A stretch of 64,000 bases of DNA from Oscillospiraceae bacterium (GCA_017440925.1 JAFSAP010000019.1:23502-87501); one strand, 5' to 3'. Counted from the stretch's first letter, positions 1 to 10,056 are shown. The notes: a model not told the origin generated them from the letters alone. Made by a program: numbers and translations.

Positions 1-1
1 C

Positions 2-331
2 TATGCACTTTCGGAGGACCGGATCTTTATTTCTGTGGGCTTTCTGAATATCAAGGATGATGAGGTTCTCCTGTATCGGGTTCGGGATATCGATACTGCC
101 CGCAGCCTGTGGCAGCGGCTTTTCGGTGTGGGAACTGTGACCGTCATGTCCTCTGACAAGACCATGCCCAACCTTGTGCTGAAGAATATCAAGGATCCCA
201 TTTTTGTCAAGGAACTGCTCCATAAGCAGGTGGAGGAGATGAAGATCAAGCGCCGGGTCCGGGTTGGCGAGATCATGGGCAATGAGATCGATGACGCTGA
301 CGGCGAATTTGATGAAAACGACTTTGAATAA
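2..331 (+). CDS. Bacterial PH-domain (bPH_2/YdbS-like) protein, 5'-truncated by window edge
   Basis: Frame open from base 2 (YALSEDRIFISVGFLNIKDDEVLLYRVRDI...LWQRLFGVGTVTVMSSD); pattern typical of bPH_2 domains. Confidence 0.7.
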   Translation, partial: YALSEDRIFISVGFLNIKDDEVLLYRVRDIDTARSLWQRLFGVGTVTVMSSDKTMPNLVLKNIKDPIFVKELLHKQVEEMKIKRRVRVGEIMGNEIDDADGEFDENDFE

Positions 332-345
332 ATGCTTTTTACAGG

Positions 346-376
346 AAAGCCTGCCGTAAACGGCAGGCTTTTTCTT
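346..376 (+). terminator. Rho-independent terminator
   Basis: aaagcctgccg-taaa-cggcaggcttt followed by T-run. Confidence 0.85.
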
Positions 377-492
377 TGCGGGAGAGGAATTTTGTTCACA
401 AAAAAGCTACATAATAAACAGAAGCCATGCTTTACCAAACCGGAAATTCATGGTAGAATGATCGTAATTTACCAGTACCCAGGAGGGCTGTC

Positions 493-3231
493 ATGAAACT
501 GCCTCAGAACCGATCCCGTCAACTGAATCCGCTGCTGCTTGCATTTTCCATTCCTTTTTTGGGAATGCTGTTTGTCATGGTCATCAGTGAATTTGAACCT
601 TTTGGCAAATATTCCATGCTGTATTCGGATATGTACCACCAGTACTATCCTTTCTTTGTAGCATACCGCCGGGCTCTGCTCAGCGGGGAAAGTCTGCTGC
701 ACAGCTGGAATGTGGGCATGGGCATGGATTATCTGGGACTGATGGCCTACTATCTGGCATCTCCGCTGTATCTGCTCAGTGTTTTGGTGCCGGAGAGCAT
801 TTTGCTGGAGTTCTTCTCCCTGCTGATGCCGGTGAAACTGGGCCTGGCAGGATTGTTTTTTGCTGTTTTCCTGAAAAACCTGTTCCGTAGAAAGGATATG
901 TCCATCGCTTTCTTCGGCGGATTTTATGGACTGTGTGCCTGGGCGTTGGGTTTCCAGTGGAATATTATGTGGTTGGATACCTTTGCGCTGCTGCCCCTGG
1001 TGGTGCTGGGAATGGTCAGCCTCCTGCGGGACAGAAAATTTATTCTTTATACACTGACATTGTTTCTGGCAGTGTTTGCCAACTACTATATTGGCTTTTT
1101 TGTGTGCATCTTCGTGTTTCTGCTGTTCTTTGTCTATGAGATCTGCAGATGGAAGGGCTGGAAGCGGTTTTTCTCAGACCTTTTCGCTATCGCGCTGTTT
1201 TCTGCCGTTGCCATTGGTATGACGGCGATCCTGGAACTGCCTGCTTTTGCGGCGTTGCAGACCACCCAGTCCAGCGTGAATAAATTCCCCGAAGGTTTCC
1301 GGCTGAACATTGCAGATTCCCACACGTTCCTGGGCCTGCTGGATGCCATGCGCCAGGTGGCGGGCAATATGGGCGGCGCGCTGCAGCCCAATTTCAAGGA
1401 AGGTCTGCCCAATCTGTACTGCGGTGTGGGAACCATTCTGCTGGCGTTCCTGTATTTGCAGTCCCGGGATGTGAAGCTGCGGGATAAGGTCTGTGCTGTG
1501 GTGCTGCTGCTGTTTTTGAATATCAGCTTCATCATCCGTCAGCTGGACTATATCTGGCATGGCTTCCATTTCACCAATATGATTCCTTACCGGTTCAGCT
1601 TCCTTTACAGCTTTGTGATGCTGTATATGGCCTACCGTGCCTGGACGCTGCGCAGGAAATTCAATCTGCTGAATATTCTGCTTGCAGGCTTTCTGACCAT
1701 GGCTATTCTGTGCTGCTCCAATGATCTGACTTCCACAAAGGAAGTTGTCTGGAATGAGCTGAATCTGGAGCTGCCTGTATACCTTATATATAATGTATCC
1801 TTTCTGGTACTCTATGTGGGTGCACTGGGCTATGGAGCCATCCGGCAGAGAATACCAAAGGATGCCGATGATGTACAAAAGGAGCAGATCCGTATAGAGA
1901 CGGGCTGCCGCCGCGCCAATGCCAGAACCTTGGCGTTGGGATTTATGGGGGCAGAACTGATTGCAGGACTGGTTTCCTTCGGCTTATATTTCCCCGGTAC
2001 CGGTGTCAGCAATTATCCCAAGGGTACGGAGCATGCCGCCTCCATGATCCGCTATATGCACGAGCGGGAAGAAAAGTATGGCCAGTTTTTCCGGGCAGAG
2101 ACTACCCATTCCCAGACGCTGAACGATGGTGCATTGAACAATTATAACGGTGTTTCTACCTTTACCAGCTCTGCCAATGTGCGGACAACAGAGTTTATGA
2201 AGGCGCTTGGCTATGGTGCCAAGAACACTTACAACCGATATTGCTTTGAAGAGAGCTCGCCGGTGGCAAATCTGTTCCTCAACCTGAAATATATGATCGA
2301 GCGGGACGGAAAGGACAAATCCAGTGCATATTTCACAGATGTGCACCACTATGGCAACGTGCATCTGCTGGAAAACAAAGCATATCTGCCTCTGGGCTTC
2401 CTGGCAGAAAATGCACTTGCCAATGTGGATTTTTCTGCCAGCGATGGAAAGTTCGACTTCCAGAATGAATTGTTCAAAGCAGCTACCGGACTGGAGGGGA
2501 ATGTATGGTACCGCCTCCAGGGAGAAAAGACCAGCATTGTGGGCAATGGTGTGACCATCCAGGAGAGCAACAGCTACGGTTACTGTGATTACAGCAATGC
2601 AACGGATAATTCCAGCATTACCTATTCCTATATTGCTGACAGGGATGGCTTTTGCTGCATCCACCTGGATCTACCCAAACGCAATACCTATTCCGTGGTG
2701 GTCAACAATGTGGAGCTGTACAGCGAGACCATCAGCCTGCCTCAGATGATCGCAGTGGGAGATTTGCATGCAGGAGACATTCTGGACATCCGGATCGTCT
2801 GCAAGGACGGGGAAGACAGCTATATGACGGTTCTGGCAGCAGTGCTGGACAATGAACTGTTTTATGAAGGATATGAACGCCTGTCAGCTTCCACACTGCA
2901 GCTGCATGCCTTTGAAAACAACTTCGTGGAGGGTACTGTTTCCTGCAGCCGGGATGGCCTGCTCTATACGTCCATTCCGCAGAATGGGAACTGGCGCGCA
3001 GAAGTGGATGGAAAACCTGCACAGATCGTTTTGATCGGTGATGCTATGATCGGTGTACAGCTGACAGAGGGTGAGCATCAGGTTTCTTTTTCCTATCACA
3101 ATGCAGCGTTTGCACTGGGCTGGAAGATCAGCCTTGCCTGTGCGGCGGCATTCCTGGCACTGATCCAGATCAACTATAAACCGGACTGGAAATCTCTTTT
3201 GAAACGTAAGCCTGGTAAATTCCAGAAATAA
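493..3231 (+). CDS. yfhO: YfhO-family membrane glycosyltransferase (GT-C; teichoic acid/cell-surface glycosylation)
   Basis: 912 aa, many TM helices, DMYHQYYPF, YYLASP, HFTNMIPYRFSF and C-terminal SIPQNGNW motifs; RBS aggagg. Confidence 0.8.
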   Translation: MKLPQNRSRQLNPLLLAFSIPFLGMLFVMVISEFEPFGKYSMLYSDMYHQYYPFFVAYRRALLSGESLLHSWNVGMGMDYLGLMAYYLASPLYLLSVLVPESILLEFFSLLMPVKLGLAGLFFAVFLKNLFRRKDMSIAFFGGFYGLCAWALGFQWNIMWLDTFALLPLVVLGMVSLLRDRKFILYTLTLFLAVFANYYIGFFVCIFVFLLFFVYEICRWKGWKRFFSDLFAIALFSAVAIGMTAILELPAFAALQTTQSSVNKFPEGFRLNIADSHTFLGLLDAMRQVAGNMGGALQPNFKEGLPNLYCGVGTILLAFLYLQSRDVKLRDKVCAVVLLLFLNISFIIRQLDYIWHGFHFTNMIPYRFSFLYSFVMLYMAYRAWTLRRKFNLLNILLAGFLTMAILCCSNDLTSTKEVVWNELNLELPVYLIYNVSFLVLYVGALGYGAIRQRIPKDADDVQKEQIRIETGCRRANARTLALGFMGAELIAGLVSFGLYFPGTGVSNYPKGTEHAASMIRYMHEREEKYGQFFRAETTHSQTLNDGALNNYNGVSTFTSSANVRTTEFMKALGYGAKNTYNRYCFEESSPVANLFLNLKYMIERDGKDKSSAYFTDVHHYGNVHLLENKAYLPLGFLAENALANVDFSASDGKFDFQNELFKAATGLEGNVWYRLQGEKTSIVGNGVTIQESNSYGYCDYSNATDNSSITYSYIADRDGFCCIHLDLPKRNTYSVVVNNVELYSETISLPQMIAVGDLHAGDILDIRIVCKDGEDSYMTVLAAVLDNELFYEGYERLSASTLQLHAFENNFVEGTVSCSRDGLLYTSIPQNGNWRAEVDGKPAQIVLIGDAMIGVQLTEGEHQVSFSYHNAAFALGWKISLACAAAFLALIQINYKPDWKSLLKRKPGKFQK

Positions 3232-3232
3232 G

Positions 3233-3260
3233 GAAAGGAGGAGCTTCGGCTCCTCCTTTC
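3233..3260. terminator. Terminator hairpin between convergent yfhO and mnmA
   Basis: gaaaggaggagc-ttcg-gctcctcctttc perfect 12-bp stem. Confidence 0.8.
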
Positions 3261-3267
3261 TATATTA

Positions 3268-4332
3268 TTATATAGTAAGTGCTTTCGTAATGGTTCCCCC
3301 ACCCACCACCATATCACCCTGGTACAGCACCACGGCTTGACCGGGAGTAATGGCCCGCTGGGGCTGATGGAAAACAACCCTGGCAAAGCCGTTGGCTTCG
3401 GGATAGACAGTGGCAGGCTGCTCTGTCTGGCTGTGGCGGATCTTGGCGGTGACTTCCATAGGTGCAGTCAGCTCCGGGAAAGGGAACCAGTTCCAGTTTT
3501 CGGCCAGCAGCCCCTTTGCAAAGAGTGCTTCATTGGGGCCGACAGTCACCGTGTTCTTCTCCATATCCTTGCTGCAGACATACACCGGCGCGCCAAGTGC
3601 GATTCCCAGGCCCTTTCGCTGCCCCAGGGTATAGCGGACAGCCCCCTGGTGTTTTCCCACCACATTGCCATCCAGATCCAGATAGTCTCCACCGGGATAG
3701 GTTTTTCCCAGATACCGTTCCATAAATGCGGCATAGTCACCGTCGGGCACAAAACAGATGTCCTGGCTGTCCCGTTTCCGGGCGTTGAGAAAACCCTGCG
3801 CCTCTGCGATCTGCCTGGCCTGTTCCTTGGTCAGACTGCCGAGAGGGAACAATGTGTGAGACAGTTGGTGCTGATTCAAACCATAGAGAAAATAGGTCTG
3901 GTCCTTGGCACGGTCAGCAGCCTTATACAATAGATATCGTCCGGTATTGGAATCCTGGTGAATTTGGGCATAGTGTCCGGTGGCCACATATTGGCAGCCC
4001 AGTGCCAGCGCCTTGTCCAGCATGGCACCAAATTTCAGATATTTGTTGCATTCGATGCAGGGATTGGGAATCCGGCCCCTTTCATAGCAGCCGATAAAAT
4101 TTCCAATGACCTGGTCGGAAAATTGGTTCTGAAAATCAAAAACAGAAAAGGGGATACCAAGCCGGACGGCAACAGCCTGGGCATCGGCTGTGTGGTCTTC
4201 GCCGCCGCAGGGACTGCCGTGCAGCAGCATGGTGCAGCCAATGCAGTTATATCCAGCCTCTTTCAGCAAAAAAGCGGTTACAGAACTGTCCACACCGCCG
4301 CTCATTCCGATCAGTACAGATTCGTTTTTCAT
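3268..4332 (-). CDS. mnmA: tRNA 2-thiouridine(34) synthase MnmA
   Basis: SGGVDSS PP-loop, NPCIECN, ATGHY, KDQTYFL, DSQDICF, TPGQAVV; start moved to ATG at 4332 after aaggagg RBS. Confidence 0.97.
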   Translation of the reverse strand: MKNESVLIGMSGGVDSSVTAFLLKEAGYNCIGCTMLLHGSPCGGEDHTADAQAVAVRLGIPFSVFDFQNQFSDQVIGNFIGCYERGRIPNPCIECNKYLKFGAMLDKALALGCQYVATGHYAQIHQDSNTGRYLLYKAADRAKDQTYFLYGLNQHQLSHTLFPLGSLTKEQARQIAEAQGFLNARKRDSQDICFVPDGDYAAFMERYLGKTYPGGDYLDLDGNVVGKHQGAVRYTLGQRKGLGIALGAPVYVCSKDMEKNTVTVGPNEALFAKGLLAENWNWFPFPELTAPMEVTAKIRHSQTEQPATVYPEANGFARVVFHQPQRAITPGQAVVLYQGDMVVGGGTITKALTI

Positions 4333-4518
4333 GGATCTGCCTCCTTTGATTTCAGTATAACAATGCCTTTCTGGAAAGTCAATCCGGGAAGTAATGGTGA
4401 AAATGTAACCATTTGCAACAAAAGATTTCAAAAGTTGTATCTATTTTGCGGAAAATCCCCTTGAAAAATCGCTGGAAAACCCTTAAAATTAGGGTATGTG
4501 AAGTGTGTCAGAAAAAAG

Positions 4519-4581
4519 TGTAACAAAAATGTAATTTTCTTTAAAAAAGGGGTTGCAATTTGTAAACAGCTGTGTTATAAT
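4519..4581 (+). promoter_or_regulatory. WalR-type direct repeat plus sigmaA promoter for the SH3 protein
   Basis: TGTAAC-aaaaa-TGTAAT (4519-4535) matches TGTWAH-N5-TGTWAH; TTGCAA(4553)-17-TATAAT(4576) with extended TG. Confidence 0.7.
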
Positions 4582-4618
4582 TCGGGTACTTACATAAGAG
4601 AAAAGGAGTAAGTGTGTT

Positions 4619-7600
4619 ATGAAGCGTTTTGTATGTTTTCTGTTAGCCATGATTCTGATCATGGGCATGGTGCCTGCCACTGCAGTCACCGCATCCGCTG
4701 CGTCCGAACGGACCACCAGCGATAAGGCCATTGGTATCCTGAAGGGTTCCATGACCTTCTATTCCAAGGAGCAGTCTGGAAAGATTGGTTACAGCACCAA
4801 TTCCGGCTATGTTCCTACCAATTCCAGTATTCCCAAGGATTTTAAGAACTACATTTCCAAGGAAGATGCAGATACACTGCTGCGTGACTTTGTGAAGGAA
4901 AAGGTAGACAAGGCAATCAACAAGTTTGCCAAGGACTACAATCTGGATCTGTCTCAGCAGGAGCATGATGCTCTGGCAGTGAATCTGTACAGAACCGGTG
5001 CGCTCAATCCCAGCACCACCACGACTCCCTTTGTAACGGCTCGTGTTGTCAAAACCGTCAGCACTGCTGCGGACAGAGCCGCTATGGTCGATGCATTTGT
5101 AAACTACTATGGTTACAATGCTTCCAACGAGGAAGTTCTGAAGGCAAATCTGAATGTCTCCCTGGCAGAAGCTGCCATGTACCTGTACGGTGATTACGGC
5201 TACAACGGCAACAACCGGTTTGCACACGCAATCCTGGATCTGAACGGCAATATGAAAGCAGATGCAACAGATGCAGTGGTTGCATATGTAAAGTCTGATG
5301 GATATACCCTGCAGCCTTATCATCCCGCAGGCACCAACCTGTTCCTGGGATGGTTCCTGTACGACAGCACCAACAAGACCCTCACCGGCGCTCCTCTGGA
5401 CAAGCTGACTAAGGATCATGATGGTAAGCTGATCGTCGCAAAGCAGCAGACTTCCAACAGCAATGTTGCTGCAAATTACAGCATCAATACTTCCTCTCTG
5501 GCAGATCTGCATATTTACAACGGCAGCCTGGTTATGACCGATGTCATCCTGGCCAACAACTCCACATTTAAGATTACTCTGGAGTACGTTGATGCCGGTA
5601 GCAATGTAAAGTGGGCCTATGGTTCTGGTGTCAGCACTGCAGGTAAGGCAGTTTCCGGCTGGATCAAGATCGGTGTCCTGCAGGGAACAACTCCCGACAT
5701 CAACAAACCCATTGCAACTGCAACCATCAAAGCAACAACCCCCATCTATCCCGGTGCAACTGCTGACGGTGCCACTTCTGTCGGCTCCCTGCAGAAGGAC
5801 GATGTTGTCAATGTCTATGAGATGAAGGTCGAAAAGACCAACTATGGCAACAAGGTCTGGGGTAAGATTACTTATATGAATGCAGGCACCCCTGTGTTCG
5901 GCTGGATCAATCTGGTCAACGCAACTGTGAAGGAAACCACCGGTGAATCCGGTTCTGCACTGGGCCAGACCGGTAAGATCGCAAATGATACCGAAGTTAA
6001 TGTCCGCAGTTCCGCAGGAATTGCTGCTGATAACAAGATCGGCACACTGAAGGCAGGCACCAAGGTCACCGTTCTGGAAATGAACGCAGAACGCACCTGG
6101 GCAAAGATTAAGTGGACCAATCCTGTCAACGGTTATACTCAGGGCTGGGTCTACATGCACTATGTGCAGCTGGACAGCGCAGCACAGGGCAGCAATGGTG
6201 CTGCCGGTGTTGATACCGTTCTGTATACCGGTGTTGTTACTTCCAACATCAACCTGAATGTCCGTCAGCGTCCTGACATCTACGCAAACCGCGTGAAATC
6301 TCTGCCCTATGGCACCAAGGTCAACGTTTACGAACTGGCTTCCTCCAGAAACATGCAGTGGGGCCGTATCGGTGATGGTCAGTGGGTCTGCACATCTTAC
6401 CTGAACATGACTGCTGTCAACAACACCACAAACAGCGGCAGCAATGCCGAGGGTACCACTTCCATCCAGGGTACGGTTACTACCACCACTCTGAATGTTC
6501 TGAAGAATTACAACAACAATGCTGAAAAGCTCGGCGAACTGAAGAAGGGTGATGTCGTCACCATTCTGGAAAAGAACACCGAGACTACCGAGACCGGTTC
6601 CCGTATCTGGGGCCGCATCTCCAAGGATGGCCTGGAAGGCTGGATCAACCTGGCCTATGTGGATCTGAAGACCGTTACTACCGTTGCTCCCGGCACCGGT
6701 ACTACCACTGGCACCACCTCCGGAACTCCCATTCCTGCTGTTATCTCCGACTGTGTCTCTGTCAATGTCCGTCAGGCAGCCGGTGTCTACAGCACTCCCA
6801 TTACCAAGCTGAACAACGGTACTTCCGTCACTGTCTATGAGCAGACCACTTATGCAAATGCTCCCTGGGCCCGCATCAAGTGGAACAACGGCGCCAACGA
6901 GGGCTGGGTCTGCATGTACTATGTGACCCTGAATGCAGGTACCGGCAGCAGCAATACCGACAGCAATGGTATCCTCAATGGTACCAACAGCAACACCATT
7001 TCCGCTACCGGTTACGTCAGCAATGCATATCTGAATGTCCGCAGCGGTGCAGGCCTGGGCTTCGCACAGATCGGCACTCTGAACCAGGGCGCAAAGGTCA
7101 CCCTGTTTGAGCAGGCTGTTGCTGATGGTCTGATCTGGGGCCGCATCAGCTACAACAACGCACCCGGCTGGGTCTGCATGAGCTACATCACTGTGGAAAA
7201 TGCAAGCTCCACTGGCAAGGGCGTTATGGGCACTGTTGCCCGCTGCTTCTCCCATGTCAATGTCCGCAGCGCACCCGGCACCAACAATGCTCTGGTCAGC
7301 ACCATCAGCGTTGGTTCCCGTGTTGAAGTCTTTGAAACCAGAAGCCATGGCGCAGGCCTGTGGGGCCGCGTGCCTCAGGGCTGGGTCAGCATGGAATACA
7401 TCCTGCTGGATAGCGAGCTGCCCGAGGGCACTGTCCTGGATGCAACCACCGCACCCACCGAAACCACTGCAGCTACTGTTCCCACTGTGACTATCAACAA
7501 GGACAACGAAGTTGCCTACGTGATCAACGGTACTGTACTGGCTGATCCTCTGAATGTCCGCAATGATGCCGATGTTGACAGCGATAAGATCGGCTCTGTC

Positions 7601-8458
7601 AAGAAGGATATGCCCATCCAGATCCTGGCAGTCAAGAACAACGGCGCTGAACTGTGGGGCCGCATCGACCAGTATGCAACCGCAGGCTGGGTCAACCTGG
7701 AATATGTCAAGTACGAAGTCAAGGGCTTCATCAATACGGATAACCAGGCAGTCTATGCAGATGCAAATACTTCCAGCATCGTTAAGGGCAATCTGATCGT
7801 CAATACTCCTGTAACCATCATGAAGCTGACCCTCAATGGTGAGACTGTCTATGGCTGGTATCAGGATAGCGCTACAGGCCTGTCCGGTTGGATCCCCATG
7901 GGCCGTATCAGCAAGGATCCTGTCGTGATTCTGCCCACCTACAAGAATACTACCGATGCTGTCAAGGGTGCTGGCATTGATGTGCAGGGCAGAACCAATG
8001 CTGCGATCACTGCATACACAGCTACCAACAGCGGTAAGGAAGCATTCTATCTGGCAAGCGGTGTCACCGTCTACATCGGTGAGATCGATCTGGAAGCCGG
8101 CACTGTCTGGGGTCTGGTCAAGGCCAATGGCGTGGAAGGCTGGATCAATCTGAATGCAGTAACCTATGTGTTCAGCGGTTCTGCCGCAGCTACCAAGCTG
8201 AATGTTCGTACCTCCAAGGATGCATCCAGCGATACCAACATCATCGGCAGAGTGAACGATCCTGACGCAGCTACCACTCCCGAAACCAATGATACTGCCA
8301 AGGCTGATCTGAGCATCTGCGAACTGGGCTTCGATGCCAACGGTGCTCTGTGGGGCAAGCTGACTGGCTTCGCTGCTGATTCTACCGAGGCTGTATTCAA
8401 CGGCGGTTGGATCAAGATGAGCAATGTTACCACCGTTATCAACATCCAGACCAAGTAA
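4619..8458 (+). CDS. Secreted multi-SH3b cell-wall-binding protein with N-terminal degenerate GH24 lysozyme-like domain
   Basis: Signal peptide; about 12 repeats of (L/V)NVR...WGRI...GW(V/I); N-terminal SDKAIGILK...IGY...ISKEDADTLL...LSQQEHDAL...EAAMYL resembles phage-lysozyme scaffold. Confidence 0.75.
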   Translation: MKRFVCFLLAMILIMGMVPATAVTASAASERTTSDKAIGILKGSMTFYSKEQSGKIGYSTNSGYVPTNSSIPKDFKNYISKEDADTLLRDFVKEKVDKAINKFAKDYNLDLSQQEHDALAVNLYRTGALNPSTTTTPFVTARVVKTVSTAADRAAMVDAFVNYYGYNASNEEVLKANLNVSLAEAAMYLYGDYGYNGNNRFAHAILDLNGNMKADATDAVVAYVKSDGYTLQPYHPAGTNLFLGWFLYDSTNKTLTGAPLDKLTKDHDGKLIVAKQQTSNSNVAANYSINTSSLADLHIYNGSLVMTDVILANNSTFKITLEYVDAGSNVKWAYGSGVSTAGKAVSGWIKIGVLQGTTPDINKPIATATIKATTPIYPGATADGATSVGSLQKDDVVNVYEMKVEKTNYGNKVWGKITYMNAGTPVFGWINLVNATVKETTGESGSALGQTGKIANDTEVNVRSSAGIAADNKIGTLKAGTKVTVLEMNAERTWAKIKWTNPVNGYTQGWVYMHYVQLDSAAQGSNGAAGVDTVLYTGVVTSNINLNVRQRPDIYANRVKSLPYGTKVNVYELASSRNMQWGRIGDGQWVCTSYLNMTAVNNTTNSGSNAEGTTSIQGTVTTTTLNVLKNYNNNAEKLGELKKGDVVTILEKNTETTETGSRIWGRISKDGLEGWINLAYVDLKTVTTVAPGTGTTTGTTSGTPIPAVISDCVSVNVRQAAGVYSTPITKLNNGTSVTVYEQTTYANAPWARIKWNNGANEGWVCMYYVTLNAGTGSSNTDSNGILNGTNSNTISATGYVSNAYLNVRSGAGLGFAQIGTLNQGAKVTLFEQAVADGLIWGRISYNNAPGWVCMSYITVENASSTGKGVMGTVARCFSHVNVRSAPGTNNALVSTISVGSRVEVFETRSHGAGLWGRVPQGWVSMEYILLDSELPEGTVLDATTAPTETTAATVPTVTINKDNEVAYVINGTVLADPLNVRNDADVDSDKIGSVKKDMPIQILAVKNNGAELWGRIDQYATAGWVNLEYVKYEVKGFINTDNQAVYADANTSSIVKGNLIVNTPVTIMKLTLNGETVYGWYQDSATGLSGWIPMGRISKDPVVILPTYKNTTDAVKGAGIDVQGRTNAAITAYTATNSGKEAFYLASGVTVYIGEIDLEAGTVWGLVKANGVEGWINLNAVTYVFSGSAAATKLNVRTSKDASSDTNIIGRVNDPDAATTPETNDTAKADLSICELGFDANGALWGKLTGFAADSTEAVFNGGWIKMSNVTTVINIQTK

Positions 8459-8498
8459 TCTGGAACTGAACAAACCAATTCTCTAACACAGAAACATA

Positions 8499-8540
8499 CA
8501 GGGAACGCTCATGCGGAGAAATCCGCATGGGCGTTTCCTG
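8499..8540 (+). terminator. Probable terminator hairpin
   Basis: cagggaacgctcatgcgga-gaaa-tccgcatgggcgtttcctg long stem downstream of SH3 gene. Confidence 0.65.
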
Positions 8541-8622
8541 CGTCTATCGGTATTCATTTACTGCTTGCTTTCGATAGCAGTTCTGTGATATGATAGCCAA
8601 AATGTCCGAAGGAGAGAACACA

Positions 8623-9453
8623 ATGAGCAGAGCAGACGAACTTTATAAGCAGACTTGCCGGAAGATTCTGGAGGAAGGTTTTTCTGACGAGGGTTTGGAT
8701 GTCCGTCCCCGATGGGAGGATGGCACGCCCGCCCACACCATGAAGATCTTTGGTGTAGTTAACCGGTATAATCTGGCAGAGGAATTTCCTATCATGACCC
8801 TGCGCCGCACCTATTGGAAAAGCGCCGTTGATGAATTGCTGTGGATCTGGCAGAAAAAGTCCAATAAGATCAGCGAGCTGGGCAGCCATGTCTGGGACGA
8901 ATGGGCAGGGGAAGATGGTACCATCGGCAAAGCCTATGGCTACCAGCTTGGCATCAAGCACCAGTATAAGGAAGGTATGTTTGACCAGGTTGACCGGGTC
9001 ATCTACGATCTGAAGCACAATCCTGCTTCCCGCCGCATTTTGACCAACATCTATAATTTTGAAGATCTCCATGAGATGAACCTGTACCCTTGTGCCTATT
9101 CCATGACCTTCAATGTCACCGGAAACAAGCTCAATGCCATTTTAAATCAGCGGTCACAGGACATGCTCACCGCCAATAACTGGAATGTGGTGCAGTATGC
9201 GGTGCTGACCCATATGATGGCCCAAATATCCGGTCTGGAGGTGGGTGAATTTGTTCACGTCATTGCCGACTGCCATATTTATGACCGGCATATCCCTGCT
9301 GTCAAGGCCATGCTGGAACTGGAGGGCTACGAGGCTCCCAAATTCATCATGGACAAGACCATCGACAATTTCTATGACTTCACCAAGAATTCCTTCCAGA
9401 TGGAAAATTACCAGTTCCATCCCTTTGATTTCAAGATCCCTATGGCTATCTGA
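8623..9453 (+). CDS. thyA: Thymidylate synthase ThyA
   Basis: ELLWIW, IGKAYGYQ, PCAY, QRSQD, HIYDRH motifs. Confidence 0.96.
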   Translation: MSRADELYKQTCRKILEEGFSDEGLDVRPRWEDGTPAHTMKIFGVVNRYNLAEEFPIMTLRRTYWKSAVDELLWIWQKKSNKISELGSHVWDEWAGEDGTIGKAYGYQLGIKHQYKEGMFDQVDRVIYDLKHNPASRRILTNIYNFEDLHEMNLYPCAYSMTFNVTGNKLNAILNQRSQDMLTANNWNVVQYAVLTHMMAQISGLEVGEFVHVIADCHIYDRHIPAVKAMLELEGYEAPKFIMDKTIDNFYDFTKNSFQMENYQFHPFDFKIPMAI

Positions 9454-9461
9454 TTATTTAC

Positions 9462-9526
9462 TGTCATTGCGAACCAGTCCGCAGACTGGTGTGGTGACCG
9501 AAGGAAATACCTTTAGGTGCAATCTC
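9462..9526. repeat. Single arm of a GTCATTGCGA-type palindromic repeat with a 25-nt hairpin insertion
   Basis: TGTCATTGCGAA-ccagtccgcagactgg-TGTG...GCAATCTC, homologous to both arms of the 13105-13202 element. Confidence 0.7.
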
Positions 9527-9543
9527 ATGGAAAGAGGTTTGTT

Positions 9544-10023
9544 ATGAATTTGATTGTAGCCGTATACGAAGACTGGGGAATTGGCCGGGACGGAACCCAG
9601 CCAATCGCTTTGTCGGCTGACCGGAAATTCTTTCGGGAGACCACCCGGGGAGCTATGGTCATTGTGGGACGGCGAACCATTGAGGACTTTCCCGGCCAAA
9701 AGCCTCTGCCTGGCCGTGTGAATGTGGCGCTGACCCGAAGCGCCGGAGAAATTCCCGGTTTTACGGTCTGCCATAGTCCGGAAGAAGCGGTGGAACTGGC
9801 AAAGCAGGCAGAAAACAGCTTTGTCATCGGCGGCGGAAGTATTTATGCACAGATGCTTCCTTACTGCGATGCGGCCTATATCACCAAGGTACATTGCAAT
9901 CCTGGCAGCGACACCTTCTTCCCCAATTTGGATGAAATCCAAGACTGGTATCTGGCGGAAACGCTCCAGTCCGGGGAAGAAAACGGCATTCCCTACGAAA
10001 TGCTGCTCTACAAAAGGAAATAA
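9544..10023 (+). CDS. folA: Dihydrofolate reductase
   Basis: LIVAV..WGIG, D..FF, VIVGRRT, PLPGRVN, VIGGG.IY, DTFFP; directly after thyA. Confidence 0.95.
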   Translation: MNLIVAVYEDWGIGRDGTQPIALSADRKFFRETTRGAMVIVGRRTIEDFPGQKPLPGRVNVALTRSAGEIPGFTVCHSPEEAVELAKQAENSFVIGGGSIYAQMLPYCDAAYITKVHCNPGSDTFFPNLDEIQDWYLAETLQSGEENGIPYEMLLYKRK

Positions 10024-10056
10024 AAAATGCAGTACGGTTTTCCGTACTGCATTTTT
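10023..10056. terminator. Bidirectional terminator
   Basis: aaaaatgcagtacgg-tttt-ccgtactgcattttt between convergent genes. Confidence 0.85.

Noticed and set aside
4643-8473. 1276-codon antisense ORF over the SH3b gene (also long antisense ORFs over livJ, cobW, glnS, polC and the AGCS symporter)
   Set aside because: Shadow frames caused by avoidance of TTA/CTA/TCA codons in highly biased sense genes; no RBS or recognisable motifs.
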